DNA from: an uncultured Candidatus Saccharibacteria bacterium
GTDB lineage: Bacteria; Patescibacteriota; Saccharimonadia; CAILAD01; JADZBC01
DNA: 64,000 bases
Assembly: GCA_964413715.1 (NCBI GenBank)
Contig: CAYPSN010000002.1
Span: 850-64,849, forward strand
Reading direction: 5' to 3'
The notes beneath the pieces are model-generated. The model was not told where the DNA came from. It did no database searches and was given only the letters and a program-made list of their open reading frames with translations. Position 1 is the stretch's first letter; every line of letters begins with the position of its first letter. Made by a program: the position numbers and the translations under genes. Positions 39,134-49,217 of the stretch are shown here, one piece after another.

Positions 39134-40222
39134 CTACTTAAGATCGGCTTCTTTGCGAATAGCAGCATCTAATGCGTCCATGACTTTCGGGTGTTCCTTG
39201 AGAAATCCTTTGGCAGCCTCACGGCCTTGACCGATTTTTTCATCTTTGTAGGAATACCAAGCCCCAGACTTAACTACCATGCCATACTTTACGGCTAAGT
39301 CGATCATATCACCAGCCTTCGATATACCTTCGTTATACATAATGTCGAACTCAGCCACCTTAAATGGCGCGGCAATTTTATTCTTCACCACTTTGACTTT
39401 TACATGATTGCCAATTGGGTTGTCGCCGTCTTTCAGCTGCTCACTGCGACGAATGTCGAGCCGCACCGAGGCGTAATATTTAAGCGCATTACCACCAGCG
39501 GTTACTTCGGGGTTACCGAACATTACACCTATCTTCATGCGCAGCTGGTTAATGAATATAACGGTACAGTTAGATTTACTAATTACACCAGTCAACTTAC
39601 GCATAGCCTGACTCATGAGCCGTGCTTGGAGACCCATTTGGGCATCACCCATATCGCCTTCAATTTCAGCGCGCGGCACCAGTGCTGCCACAGAGTCTAC
39701 GATAACAATGTCCACCGCACTCGAGCGCACAAGCGTTTCACAGATTTCAAGCGCCTGTTCGCCGTTATCGGGCTGAGAAATTAGCAGGCTATCTAAGTTC
39801 ACACCAATTCTTGAGGCGTATTCAGGGTCTAGGGCGTGCTCGGCGTCTATAAAAGCAGCTGTACCGCCGCGCTTTTGCACCTCTGCAACAGCGTGTAGCG
39901 CCAATGTGGTTTTACCACTCGATTCTGGGCCGTAAACCTCTACAATGCGACCTTCGGGAATTCCCCCACCCAAGGCAATATCGAGTGATAAACTGCCAGT
40001 TGGAATGGTTTTTACCTGCACCTTCGAGCCCTCGCCGAGCTTCATAATTGAGCCCTTACCAAACTGACGTTCAATCTGCTCTACTGCTAAATCAACTGCA
40101 CGCAAACGCGCTGCTTTTTCTCCGCTTGGTGCCTTTGATTCTGCTTTGTCATCCTTCACTACTTTTGTATTCTCCAACTTTACGTTCTTCGTTCCTGTTT
40201 TTTCGACTGTTGCTGTACTCAC
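39134..40222 (-). CDS. recA: Recombinase RecA
   Basis: [31 protein letters not shown]. Confidence 0.98.
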   Translation of the reverse strand: MSTATVEKTGTKNVKLENTKVVKDDKAESKAPSGEKAARLRAVDLAVEQIERQFGKGSIMKLGEGSKVQVKTIPTGSLSLDIALGGGIPEGRIVEVYGPESSGKTTLALHAVAEVQKRGGTAAFIDAEHALDPEYASRIGVNLDSLLISQPDNGEQALEICETLVRSSAVDIVIVDSVAALVPRAEIEGDMGDAQMGLQARLMSQAMRKLTGVISKSNCTVIFINQLRMKIGVMFGNPEVTAGGNALKYYASVRLDIRRSEQLKDGDNPIGNHVKVKVVKNKIAAPFKVAEFDIMYNEGISKAGDMIDLAVKYGMVVKSGAWYSYKDEKIGQGREAAKGFLKEHPKVMDALDAAIRKEADLK

Positions 40223-40284
40223 TTTATCTCCTTACATCTTAAAACATTTGATATAAGGATGATACCGAACAATATACGTACATG

Positions 40285-41325
40285 TCAAGAGGGCTTTTTG
40301 AGCCAACTTTGCAGCTCCTGTACTGTTCTTACCTTACCAAGTACGACTCCCCTATAAACATCGGCGCTAAACACAGTCTTACCATAATCCCCAGCCTGAA
40401 TGAGGTCATACTTTAATTGCAGGATCTGTTCTTTCTGTTGCTCGCTCAACTTCTTATACCAGGCATCCGGCATGTCTGCCATGACGGCCTCGGCTCCGGG
40501 TTTCAGAAACCAAATATCGAAATTCCACATTCTTTCGCCAACCGGCACATTGAGACCGAGATAAACCCCAGTCGGCTGATGCGCCAGTCTTGACTTAAAA
40601 TTTAGATGATTTGAAACAAAGGTCCTGCGTACATCGGCCCGAGAAGCAAAGTATTGGGCCGCTTTTGCAGCCGCTTCCAAGGTTGGAGGAGCCATCCAGA
40701 CACACATATCAATATCCGGGTTCACCATTAAGCCATAGCTTAAACTGCCATCGACTGTGACCGTGCCAAATTGCGACAAGACACTTATCGCATCTAGCTG
40801 CTTTAGCAACTGCTCCCCTTCCGCCACCAAAGCCTTTGAGCCATCAATAACAGGCCCGCGAACAGATACCCTGCGGGCGATGTGTCCTTGCTGCTCCACA
40901 GCATCCCGTCCTACAAGATAACCTTCTAGCAGCGTGGCATCGTACCTATCTTTTACTCGGCCTGAGCGAGATTTAAAGAATAGCGCGTGATCGATGCATT
41001 GAAAGTACAGTCCGTCAATTTCTTCAGCTTGCGCTAGTTGCTCTTCTGAGGTCGGCCAACCTTGCTTTGGCGGAAAGCTTTCAGCCGAAAAACACTCCAC
41101 ATCATCGGCAAGTAAAATCTTTGGGACATCAGATGCTATGACGGGGTGCTTTTTTCTTAGATCTTGCCATAATGCATCGGATACCATAATGTCGACATCG
41201 GTCACCTTACGCAAACCACGAGCACCAAGCGGCCCGCTGCCAACAATCGCATACTGGCCAGCTGGGAGATCAAGCGCCCTTACCCTGTCGAATAACTTAC
41301 GATTATAGGCGACTATCTCATTCAT
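40285..41325 (-). CDS. Hypothetical protein with two nucleotidyltransferase-like domains
   Basis: IVGSGPL...DVDIMV and VDGSLSYGLMVNPDIDM. Confidence 0.6.
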   Translation of the reverse strand: MNEIVAYNRKLFDRVRALDLPAGQYAIVGSGPLGARGLRKVTDVDIMVSDALWQDLRKKHPVIASDVPKILLADDVECFSAESFPPKQGWPTSEEQLAQAEEIDGLYFQCIDHALFFKSRSGRVKDRYDATLLEGYLVGRDAVEQQGHIARRVSVRGPVIDGSKALVAEGEQLLKQLDAISVLSQFGTVTVDGSLSYGLMVNPDIDMCVWMAPPTLEAAAKAAQYFASRADVRRTFVSNHLNFKSRLAHQPTGVYLGLNVPVGERMWNFDIWFLKPGAEAVMADMPDAWYKKLSEQQKEQILQLKYDLIQAGDYGKTVFSADVYRGVVLGKVRTVQELQSWLKKPS

Positions 41326-41819
41326 CGGAAGTTTGTAAAACTTAGTGGAAAATCAAAGTCAGCACTTTTAAGTACATTCATTATCCCCTGTAAATCATCT
41401 TTGCTCGTACTACTTACCCGCACTTCTTGCCCTTGAATTTGAGCCTTGGCCTTGGGGTACTCGTCGCGAATCAGCTTAGTGACTTTCTTGGCCTTTTCCT
41501 GATCTAAGCCTTTGCGCAAAGGAACAGTTAATTTACTTACCATGCCGCTCTGCACAATCTCCCCCGACTTATCAAGCACCTTGAGGCTGATGCCGCGCTT
41601 GAGCAGTTTTGATTCAACCACGTCCAGAATCGTCTGGACTTTAAGATCGGAGTTGGCTTCAAGCGCTAACTCCCCCTTATCGCGCACAAATTCACATTTA
41701 GCACCTGTGCCCTGAAAGTCGTAACGAGTTTGTAGTTCTCGCCCCACTTGATCAATCGCGTTAATCATTTCGGACAAATCATAGTCGCTCACCACGTCAA
41801 ATGAAAAATCTTTTGCCAT
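41322..41819 (-). CDS. yajQ: YajQ-family nucleotide/c-di-GMP-binding protein
   Basis: SFDVVS, RYDF, AQIQG, KDDLQ, FTNFR. Confidence 0.92.
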   Translation of the reverse strand: MAKDFSFDVVSDYDLSEMINAIDQVGRELQTRYDFQGTGAKCEFVRDKGELALEANSDLKVQTILDVVESKLLKRGISLKVLDKSGEIVQSGMVSKLTVPLRKGLDQEKAKKVTKLIRDEYPKAKAQIQGQEVRVSSTSKDDLQGIMNVLKSADFDFPLSFTNFR

Positions 41820-41871
41820 CGCTTAGGCCTCCATTATCAGATACATTATACCAGATAGCTTTGAGGCGGAA

Positions 41872-42930
41872 CTATTGAACCTGCGTGTCTTTCTTGAAAA
41901 TAATATCGCTCTTCGGCTCAGAGCTTGTCCCGACTTTTCCAAGATCCTTTTTGGTCACCACCGTGTTGCTCAAAATAAGCTGAGTTGAGGCAGCGTTGCT
42001 CGTCGAAACCTTAATCGTTTCATTCGCGCGAAAAGTCTGTTCACTTCCTGCCATCATTGTAGAGCTAAAGACATCTTTGCCGTCTGTGCTCACCACAATA
42101 TTAGCCGTATCTGGCCCTATTCTCACGGTGAGCTCCACCCCGCCAGCCACTGCCGAACTTGCACCGATGACTTTTTCGTCGTCTGGGAGCTTGGCGTTAA
42201 TCGTGCGGACTACTGTGGTGTTTTTGTTAAGTCGACTGCGTGCGGTTACTTTTACTTGGTTCGGGCCATCGACGAGCGTGAGTTTTTGACTAAATTTACC
42301 GTCCGCTGTAATTGTCACTTGGGTGTCGTTAATAAAAAGTTCGGCGGTCTGGTCTGTCTGGCCCGTGATATAGATTGTGCCCGATTTCACCGTAGTGTTA
42401 TTTGGATTATCGACAACCAATGAAGGTGGTGCCGAAAGAACGCTAAGCTGCCACGCTATGTATGCGGTTATTAGACCAACCACCACCACGCCCAATACAA
42501 ATAGGAGGCTTTTGGGCGTAATAACAAACTTGGGACTATCCAAAGGCTTCAAGCCTAGTTGCGGGGAATCTTGTCTTTTGGCTTCGCTGCCACGCCTTGC
42601 CGCAAACGCTTGTCGCTCTTTTTTGTATAAGTTAAGTAGAGGTGCTGTATCAAAACCCAAAAAGTCGGCGTAGTTTTTAACATAGCCGCGCGAATAAATA
42701 TCATCAGGTAGTTTGTCGTACGCAGCAGCTTCGATTTGCTCTAAATAAGCCGCGCGAATGTTTGTCTGTTTTTCAGCATCTTTAATACTCAGGCCAAGCT
42801 CATCGCGTCGTTTCTTTAGTAGCTCGCCTAATGAAAAATCAGCGACTCGTTTGGGAGCCGGCTGACTCTTTGGACTGTGCGCTGAAGGCCTAGATTTCGG
42901 AGTCACTGTCACCTCCCTCGCCCAAGTCAT
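41872..42930 (-). CDS. rodZ: RodZ-like HTH membrane protein
   Basis: LGELLKKRR...YSRGYVKNYADFLG, TM, C-terminal beta domains; follows ftsK; start uncertain. Confidence 0.75.
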   Translation of the reverse strand: MTWAREVTVTPKSRPSAHSPKSQPAPKRVADFSLGELLKKRRDELGLSIKDAEKQTNIRAAYLEQIEAAAYDKLPDDIYSRGYVKNYADFLGFDTAPLLNLYKKERQAFAARRGSEAKRQDSPQLGLKPLDSPKFVITPKSLLFVLGVVVVGLITAYIAWQLSVLSAPPSLVVDNPNNTTVKSGTIYITGQTDQTAELFINDTQVTITADGKFSQKLTLVDGPNQVKVTARSRLNKNTTVVRTINAKLPDDEKVIGASSAVAGGVELTVRIGPDTANIVVSTDGKDVFSSTMMAGSEQTFRANETIKVSTSNAASTQLILSNTVVTKKDLGKVGTSSEPKSDIIFKKDTQVQ

Positions 42931-45004
42931 TCATACTCGAAACTAATGTTTTGCGCGGTTTAGCCCCTTCTTTTGGCCCCACAACGCCCCGGTCTTCCAG
43001 CATATCAATCAGGCGACCAGCTCGTGAAAAACCTACCTTGAATCTTCGCTGAATCGTCGAAGCCGATATCTCACCTGACTGAATTGCTAACTCGGCTACT
43101 TCATCGAACAAGTCATCATCACCTGTGTCATAAGCACCACCGCCGCCACCCTTTATGCGCACGGCTTGCTTGAGAATCTCGTCGTCGTACTCGGGCTCAC
43201 GCGCATCCCTTAGGTAGTCTGCAACCGCCTTTACTTCCTCTTCGCTCAACCATACGCCCTGAACACGCTTCGGCTTAATGAACGAAGGGCTGGCGAAGAG
43301 CATATCACCCTTACCAAGCAACTTTTCGGCACCAGACATCTCAATAATGGTGCGCGAATCAACCTGGCTAGCTGTAGTCAACGCAACACGAGTCGGGATA
43401 TTTGCCTTAATCACACCGGTAATTACATTCACACTTGGTCGCTGAGTGGCTAACACTAAGTGAATACCAACGGCACGAGCCATCTGAGTAATGCGCTGCA
43501 CCAAGGCCTCCACGTCTTTGCCAGCAATGGTCATAAGGTCAGCGAACTCATCAATCACAATGACAATGTATGGCATGTTATCGACGCCTTTTTGGGCATT
43601 ATATTCTTCGATCCCGCGCTTACCATTATCTTGTAAGAGCTTATAACGACGTTCCATTTCCGCTACTGCCCACTTTAAAGCAGAGATGGCCTGGGGTGGG
43701 TCTACAATCACCGGAGCCAAAAGGTGTGGAATATCAAAGTATAGACCAAGCTCAACTCGCTTTGGATCAACTAAGATTAGCTTGAGTTCCGCCGGTGAGT
43801 TTCTATATAACAAGCTGGTTATCAGAGTGTTGATCATGACAGACTTACCCGTCCCAGTAGCACCAGCTACGAGTAAATGAGGTGCTTTTCCTAAGTCGGC
43901 GGTTACGATATCTCCACTCACATCTCGACCGAGCACAAACGTAAGCTTGGTACCCTTACCCGCAACTTCTTTTGACGCCAAGATGTCACCAAGCCGAACT
44001 TGTGCTGATTTTTTATTTGGCACCTGAATACCTACTAAGCTTTTACCAGGGATTGGTGCTTCTATGCGAATTTGCTCGGCCTCGAGTTTGAGGGCTAAGT
44101 TGCGATCAAGCGCGGTGAGTTTGTTGAGGTTTACACCCGACGGTGGTTTCAGGCTATATTGAGATACAGTCGGGCCGATGTCGACTTCGCCCATTTGCAC
44201 TTCGTAGTTAAACTCGCCAAACGTATCCTGAATAAGCTTAGCAATTGCCTTGGCATCGCCAGGATCGGCTTGCGTGGTGGTGGCCTTTACTAGATCAAGG
44301 GGTGGATACTTCCAGTCCTTATCCATAGTAGACAGAGTAACGGTCGCCTCTTTCTTTTTTGCTTCTGGCTCCTCTTCACCAATGCTACCGCGGACAGGCA
44401 GTTTGTTGTTAATCTTGAATTCAGTTTCTTCAGCAGCTTCACCGAGCTCTCGTTGGCGTGCAAAAAGCTGCAAGAAGCTTTTGAATAAGTCCTTGACGCG
44501 CGTGTTGGTAGCTACTACCAAGCATATCAATAACAGTGCTGCGAGGATGAAAATAGAAACTGGCTTATTTAAAATCGGCAACATAGCTGCGCTCAAACCA
44601 AAACCAACCATGCCGCCGCCACTTCCTACGTTGCCAAAATCAACATTTTCGGGTGCAAATACCATATGAGCTAGTCCCGCTAGACATATGAAGACAGCAA
44701 TCGTACCGAAAAGATTATTGGGTTTAAATTCGTACTTCGATGGCTGGAATAGCACCCAAGCGATCAGAAGCAAAGCAAACGGCAGCACAAATGCCGCCAG
44801 ACCAATAACAAAGCCTACGGCCATGAAGATCCAGCCGCCTAAGCTACCGGCAAATCCAATCATAGCGAGAATCAAAAATACCGCAATCGTAATCAGGACT
44901 ATTGCTGCAATTTCTCGCTTTGCCTCACTCGAAATGTGCGCCTTGGCTTCACCTGGAATCCGTGCGGTGTCTTTCTTTTTTACTTTTCGCTGCTTCTTAG
45001 CCAT
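42890..45004 (-). CDS. ftsK: DNA translocase FtsK
   Basis: N-terminal TMs, PHLLVAGATGTGKS, VIDEFAD, ATQRPS, gamma domain. Confidence 0.96.
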   Translation of the reverse strand: MAKKQRKVKKKDTARIPGEAKAHISSEAKREIAAIVLITIAVFLILAMIGFAGSLGGWIFMAVGFVIGLAAFVLPFALLLIAWVLFQPSKYEFKPNNLFGTIAVFICLAGLAHMVFAPENVDFGNVGSGGGMVGFGLSAAMLPILNKPVSIFILAALLLICLVVATNTRVKDLFKSFLQLFARQRELGEAAEETEFKINNKLPVRGSIGEEEPEAKKKEATVTLSTMDKDWKYPPLDLVKATTTQADPGDAKAIAKLIQDTFGEFNYEVQMGEVDIGPTVSQYSLKPPSGVNLNKLTALDRNLALKLEAEQIRIEAPIPGKSLVGIQVPNKKSAQVRLGDILASKEVAGKGTKLTFVLGRDVSGDIVTADLGKAPHLLVAGATGTGKSVMINTLITSLLYRNSPAELKLILVDPKRVELGLYFDIPHLLAPVIVDPPQAISALKWAVAEMERRYKLLQDNGKRGIEEYNAQKGVDNMPYIVIVIDEFADLMTIAGKDVEALVQRITQMARAVGIHLVLATQRPSVNVITGVIKANIPTRVALTTASQVDSRTIIEMSGAEKLLGKGDMLFASPSFIKPKRVQGVWLSEEEVKAVADYLRDAREPEYDDEILKQAVRIKGGGGGAYDTGDDDLFDEVAELAIQSGEISASTIQRRFKVGFSRAGRLIDMLEDRGVVGPKEGAKPRKTLVSSMNDLGEGGDSDSEI

Positions 45005-45146
45005 AAAGCTTATTATAGGTGCTCCTGGCCTGGTGTGCTAGATGGTTTTTGCATTATTCACCCTCATGTTAGATCCCATTATAGCACAGTAGTACAATAA
45101 TTACAAGACTTGTCAAATATAACCATTTTACCTAGTATTAGGTGAT

Positions 45147-46895
45147 ATGAAGAACATCCTCAAGTCACTTAAGCTAGTTAAGTCTGCACGATCGAAGATA
45201 CTACTTTTGATAATAATTGGCTCGATTTCTGCAGCACTCTCATCGGTACAGCCGTATATCGTAAAGGAGATTATAAACTCCTTAGCAGCTGCTGCAGGAG
45301 CGGAGCAAACCACAAAGCAAATTATTTTCTATTTGGTACTATTCTTAACTTTTAGCCTCATATATGCAGTATTTGGCAGCTGGGAGGTCTGGCAAACAAG
45401 ACGAATTAACACACATCTTAATACGCTTCTATCTCTCTCTTCATTCCAAAAACTATCAGGTCTTTCCGTTGACTACTTTGAGATGAACCGGCCTGGATCT
45501 ATCTTGCGTAAAGTTAATGATGGAATCGGCTCGCTCTCGCAGTGGATATATGACCTCTCCTACAACTTCATTGGTCCAGTAGGACTCATAATTTTCGGGC
45601 TACTCGCGCTTTGGAGTAAGTTTCCGCTAATTGGCCTGATGGCCACCTTGGCACTTCCCCTCAATACATATATATTTCTTCGTTCGGCAAAAAAATCTCA
45701 GATTATATATAAGAAATACCGTAAGCTTACTGAAAGATCTGACGGCAAGATGAGCGAGACTTTTTCTAACATCACAACGACCCGGAGCCTTTCAGCGGAA
45801 CGAGCTGTGTATAAACAATACGAGAAGGACATATTAAAGGCACGAGACTATGAACACAAAGATGCAGACATCTGGCGTCTCTCAATCTGGTTACGCATCA
45901 CCATCACCAGAATAGTGTTTGTAGCTTCGATGCTTATCGTTGCCTATCTGGTGATTCAGAACAATGCAACCGTGGGCGACGTAGTCTTCGTCAATCTGTT
46001 CCTGCAACAAGTATTGAGCCAAGCATTAAGTATAGGGCGGTTCTTCGACATGACAATAAAGCGAGATGTAACCATTGGACGGCTACTCGACATATTAGAC
46101 CAAAAGCCTAGATTCAGCGACAAGCCCGACGCCCTACCTCTTGTGGAATTAGACACTATTGAGTTCAAAAAAGTGAGCTTCAGCTATCCCGATGGCAAGA
46201 AAGGTGCAATCAAAAATGTTAGTTTTAAGATCGAGAGTGGTAAAACAGTTGCACTCGTTGGGCCAAGTGGCACTGGCAAAAGCACAATTACAAAACTCCT
46301 TCTACGCTTCTACGAACCTACAGAGGGTCAGATACTTATTAATGGTCAAGATGTTAGTGACTTTACCGCAGATAGTATCCGCCAACACATTGGCATGGTC
46401 ATGCAGGATGTCGCGCTATTTAACGCCACCGTGGAAGAAAATTTAGGCATGGCAAATAACCAGGTGAATAAAGAAGCTATCATTCGTGCAGCCAAACAAG
46501 CCCATGCTGATGATTTCATCCAGAATTTACCGCAGCAATATAGGACTTTAGTCGGCGAACGCGGCATAAAACTCTCGGGTGGACAAAAGCAGCGCGTAGC
46601 AATTGCGCGTGCCATACTCAAAGATCCACAGCTTATCATTCTAGATGAAGCTACGAGCGCTTTAGACAGTGAGTCTGAACGACTGGTTCAAGAAGGCCTA
46701 AAGAAACTTATGGCGGGCCGTAGTGCCCTGGTTATCGCCCACCGACTGAGCACCATTATGCATGCCGATGAGATACTAGTACTCAGAAACGGCAAGATAT
46801 CGGAACGAGGTACGCATGCCGAGCTCATGAATCAAACGGGACTGTACAAGAAGCTCTTCGACCTCCAGTCCTCTAGCGGTAAAGTAAAATTGTAG
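45147..46895 (+). CDS. ABC exporter (TMD-NBD fusion)
   Basis: GPSGTGKST, LSGGQKQR, DEATSALD, IAHRL. Confidence 0.93.
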   Translation: MKNILKSLKLVKSARSKILLLIIIGSISAALSSVQPYIVKEIINSLAAAAGAEQTTKQIIFYLVLFLTFSLIYAVFGSWEVWQTRRINTHLNTLLSLSSFQKLSGLSVDYFEMNRPGSILRKVNDGIGSLSQWIYDLSYNFIGPVGLIIFGLLALWSKFPLIGLMATLALPLNTYIFLRSAKKSQIIYKKYRKLTERSDGKMSETFSNITTTRSLSAERAVYKQYEKDILKARDYEHKDADIWRLSIWLRITITRIVFVASMLIVAYLVIQNNATVGDVVFVNLFLQQVLSQALSIGRFFDMTIKRDVTIGRLLDILDQKPRFSDKPDALPLVELDTIEFKKVSFSYPDGKKGAIKNVSFKIESGKTVALVGPSGTGKSTITKLLLRFYEPTEGQILINGQDVSDFTADSIRQHIGMVMQDVALFNATVEENLGMANNQVNKEAIIRAAKQAHADDFIQNLPQQYRTLVGERGIKLSGGQKQRVAIARAILKDPQLIILDEATSALDSESERLVQEGLKKLMAGRSALVIAHRLSTIMHADEILVLRNGKISERGTHAELMNQTGLYKKLFDLQSSSGKVKL

Positions 46896-46910
46896 ACAAA
46901 AAGGACCGTC

Positions 46911-48665
46911 ATGAAAAACATCCTCAAACTTACAAAGTACCTAAAGACTGAGAAAAAACCAATCGCTATTGTAGGCTTCTTTAGTCTTGTAATGGGATTA
47001 GTGTCTGCTATTTTGCCACTTCAATTTAAGCGCATCGTAGATAATGTAGCAGAAGCAACAAAGAACCCCGGACCCGACACGACTCAGCAAGTTGCTTTAT
47101 CTGTACTGTTGCTAGGATCACTCTTAATCGGCAATGTGATTCTGCAGTACTTTAATGAGAAGTATTCGGACATCATACGAATGCGAATCCTCACAATACT
47201 CCGACAGAGGATCTACCCGAAGGTCATTGACCTGTCGGTGGATTACATTGAAAAACATCAACCAGGTGCGGTCATACAGAGGGTAACGCAAGGCATTGGT
47301 GATTTCCAAATGTGGATCTTTAGTGTTGCAGAATGGCTATTTTCTCTCTTAACAAGCACCGTATTCATACTTATTATCATATGGACCAAAAGTACAGCGA
47401 TGGGCCTCCTCTTCGTAGTAGCCCTCCCTCTGATGGTATGGCTAAATTTCCGCAAAGTTAACAGAGCTAAAGAATCTAAAGTTAAGGCAAATAAATACTA
47501 TGAAAAATTTGCTGGCGCATTTACGGAAAGTATAGGCCAACTAACAACAATTAAAACTATGTCGGCGGAACACCGAACCCAAGGCAAGATTGAAAACCTG
47601 ACAAATAGTATCCTAGATTTTCGACTGCAGCAGTTTTCAATTGAACGAAACCACAATGTCGCTCGCGATATTATAGGCAACCTCGCCGTAGCTACCTCAG
47701 TGGTCATTGCGGCCTACTATGCCCTGAAAGGTAAGTTTACTCCGGGGGATCTCTTCTTGGTAATTTTCTATAGTCGAGATCTCGTCGGATCGATCAACCC
47801 AATTAGTCGGTTTATACAGAATACTTCGGATGTCGAAGTTACTGCTGAGCGTCTCGTCAGCTTCTTGGAAACGAAACCCAACTTGGTTGACCAGCCTGAT
47901 GCTCTCCCGCTCGTGCAACTAGAAAGTATCGAATTTAAAAACGTAGGATTTAGCTATCCTCAGGGCAAGAAAGGAGCAATAAAGAACATAAGTTTCAAGA
48001 TTGATGAAAACAAAACTATAGCACTCGTTGGCCCAAGTGGCACTGGCAAAAGCACAATTACAAAACTCTTACTGCGCTTCTACGAGCCTACCGAGGGGCA
48101 GATACTAATTAATGGCCAAGACGTAGGTAATTATACTCAAGAGTCTGTGCGTCAACATATTGGAATGGTCATGCAGGATGTTGCACTTTTTAACACAACC
48201 ATCGAAGAAAACTTGGGCATGGCAAATGCTCATGCGAATAAGGAGAATGTTATCCACGCCGCCAAACAAGCTCATGCTGATGACTTTATTCAAGATCTCC
48301 CTAAAAAGTATAAAACCTTAGTAGGTGAACGAGGTATTAAACTCTCGGGTGGTCAAAAACAACGCGTAGCAATTGCTCGAGCCATACTAAAAGACCCCCA
48401 GCTCATCATCCTAGACGAAGCTACGAGTGCGCTGGACAGTGAATCTGAACGACTTGTGCAGGATGGCCTCAAAAAGCTCATGGCCGGCCGTAGCGCCCTC
48501 GTAATCGCCCACCGCTTAAGCACAATTATGCATGCTGATGAAATATTGGTTCTTAAAAACGGCAAGGTTGCCGAGCGCGGTACACATGCCGAACTCATTA
48601 ATCAGACAGGGCTATATAAAAAGCTGTTCGATCTGCAATCTGCCAGCGGCAAAGTTAAGTTGTAA
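46911..48665 (+). CDS. ABC exporter (TMD-NBD fusion), tandem paralog
   Basis: Same motifs; NBD nearly identical to the upstream gene. Confidence 0.93.
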   Translation: MKNILKLTKYLKTEKKPIAIVGFFSLVMGLVSAILPLQFKRIVDNVAEATKNPGPDTTQQVALSVLLLGSLLIGNVILQYFNEKYSDIIRMRILTILRQRIYPKVIDLSVDYIEKHQPGAVIQRVTQGIGDFQMWIFSVAEWLFSLLTSTVFILIIIWTKSTAMGLLFVVALPLMVWLNFRKVNRAKESKVKANKYYEKFAGAFTESIGQLTTIKTMSAEHRTQGKIENLTNSILDFRLQQFSIERNHNVARDIIGNLAVATSVVIAAYYALKGKFTPGDLFLVIFYSRDLVGSINPISRFIQNTSDVEVTAERLVSFLETKPNLVDQPDALPLVQLESIEFKNVGFSYPQGKKGAIKNISFKIDENKTIALVGPSGTGKSTITKLLLRFYEPTEGQILINGQDVGNYTQESVRQHIGMVMQDVALFNTTIEENLGMANAHANKENVIHAAKQAHADDFIQDLPKKYKTLVGERGIKLSGGQKQRVAIARAILKDPQLIILDEATSALDSESERLVQDGLKKLMAGRSALVIAHRLSTIMHADEILVLKNGKVAERGTHAELINQTGLYKKLFDLQSASGKVKL

Positions 48666-48750
48666 TCTCTGCTAAAAACTCAATGCGCTTGAGTACTTAG
48701 GAAAGAAAGGATACATGCAAGCCTTGCGGGGGCCCGAAGGCCCCCGCCGA

Positions 48751-49032
48751 TCAGCTTGCGACGGGCTGCAGATGGCGCGACTTGCGCACCCGCGGTCTGG
48801 TTCCGTCCTCCTTGATCATGCGCCGGCCGCCCAGGTAGTGCTTGAGTGCCTGGTGGGTCATCCAGCAACGCACGTTGCAGAACGCCTCGCCCGAGTCGTC
48901 GTACGAGAACCGAGTTCTCCTCGACTCCTTGCACTGTTCGCACTTCCCTTCCGGCTCCGCCTCTCGCAAGAGGAAGAACTTGGTTCCAGGGAACCGCACT
49001 CTGACACACTTGGTGTCGTGTTGCTTCGCCAC
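48751..49032 (-). CDS. GC-rich small zinc-finger protein (islet)
   Basis: CEQC...FCNVRC; AGGAGG SD; promoter TTGACA-17-TAAAAT at 49216-49188; UUCG-capped 3' hairpin 48726-48747. Confidence 0.75.
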   Translation of the reverse strand: MAKQHDTKCVRVRFPGTKFFLLREAEPEGKCEQCKESRRTRFSYDDSGEAFCNVRCWMTHQALKHYLGGRRMIKEDGTRPRVRKSRHLQPVAS

Positions 49033-49217
49033 GAATGACCTCCTAGGTCGATGGTAAGTTGGGCGAACTCTGATCCTTGGCTAAAGCAAGGTCCAGTAGC
49101 GTGCGCTCTCGTGAGAAGAACGCACATTACCGAACCCTGCTGCATGCATCCTTGTAATGAACCTTGAACTAAATCAAAGTGGAATACATTTTATACTCAA
49201 TAGTGTGTTTTGTCAAG

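Noticed and set aside
40266-40281. Possible LexA box upstream of recA (CGAACAATATACGTAC)
   Set aside because: Only a half match to GAAC-N4-GTTC, with no convincing second instance
49050-49180. Leader as a known riboswitch or 6S RNA
   Set aside because: No riboswitch consensus recognised; better explained as the fold-back leader of the Zn-finger gene
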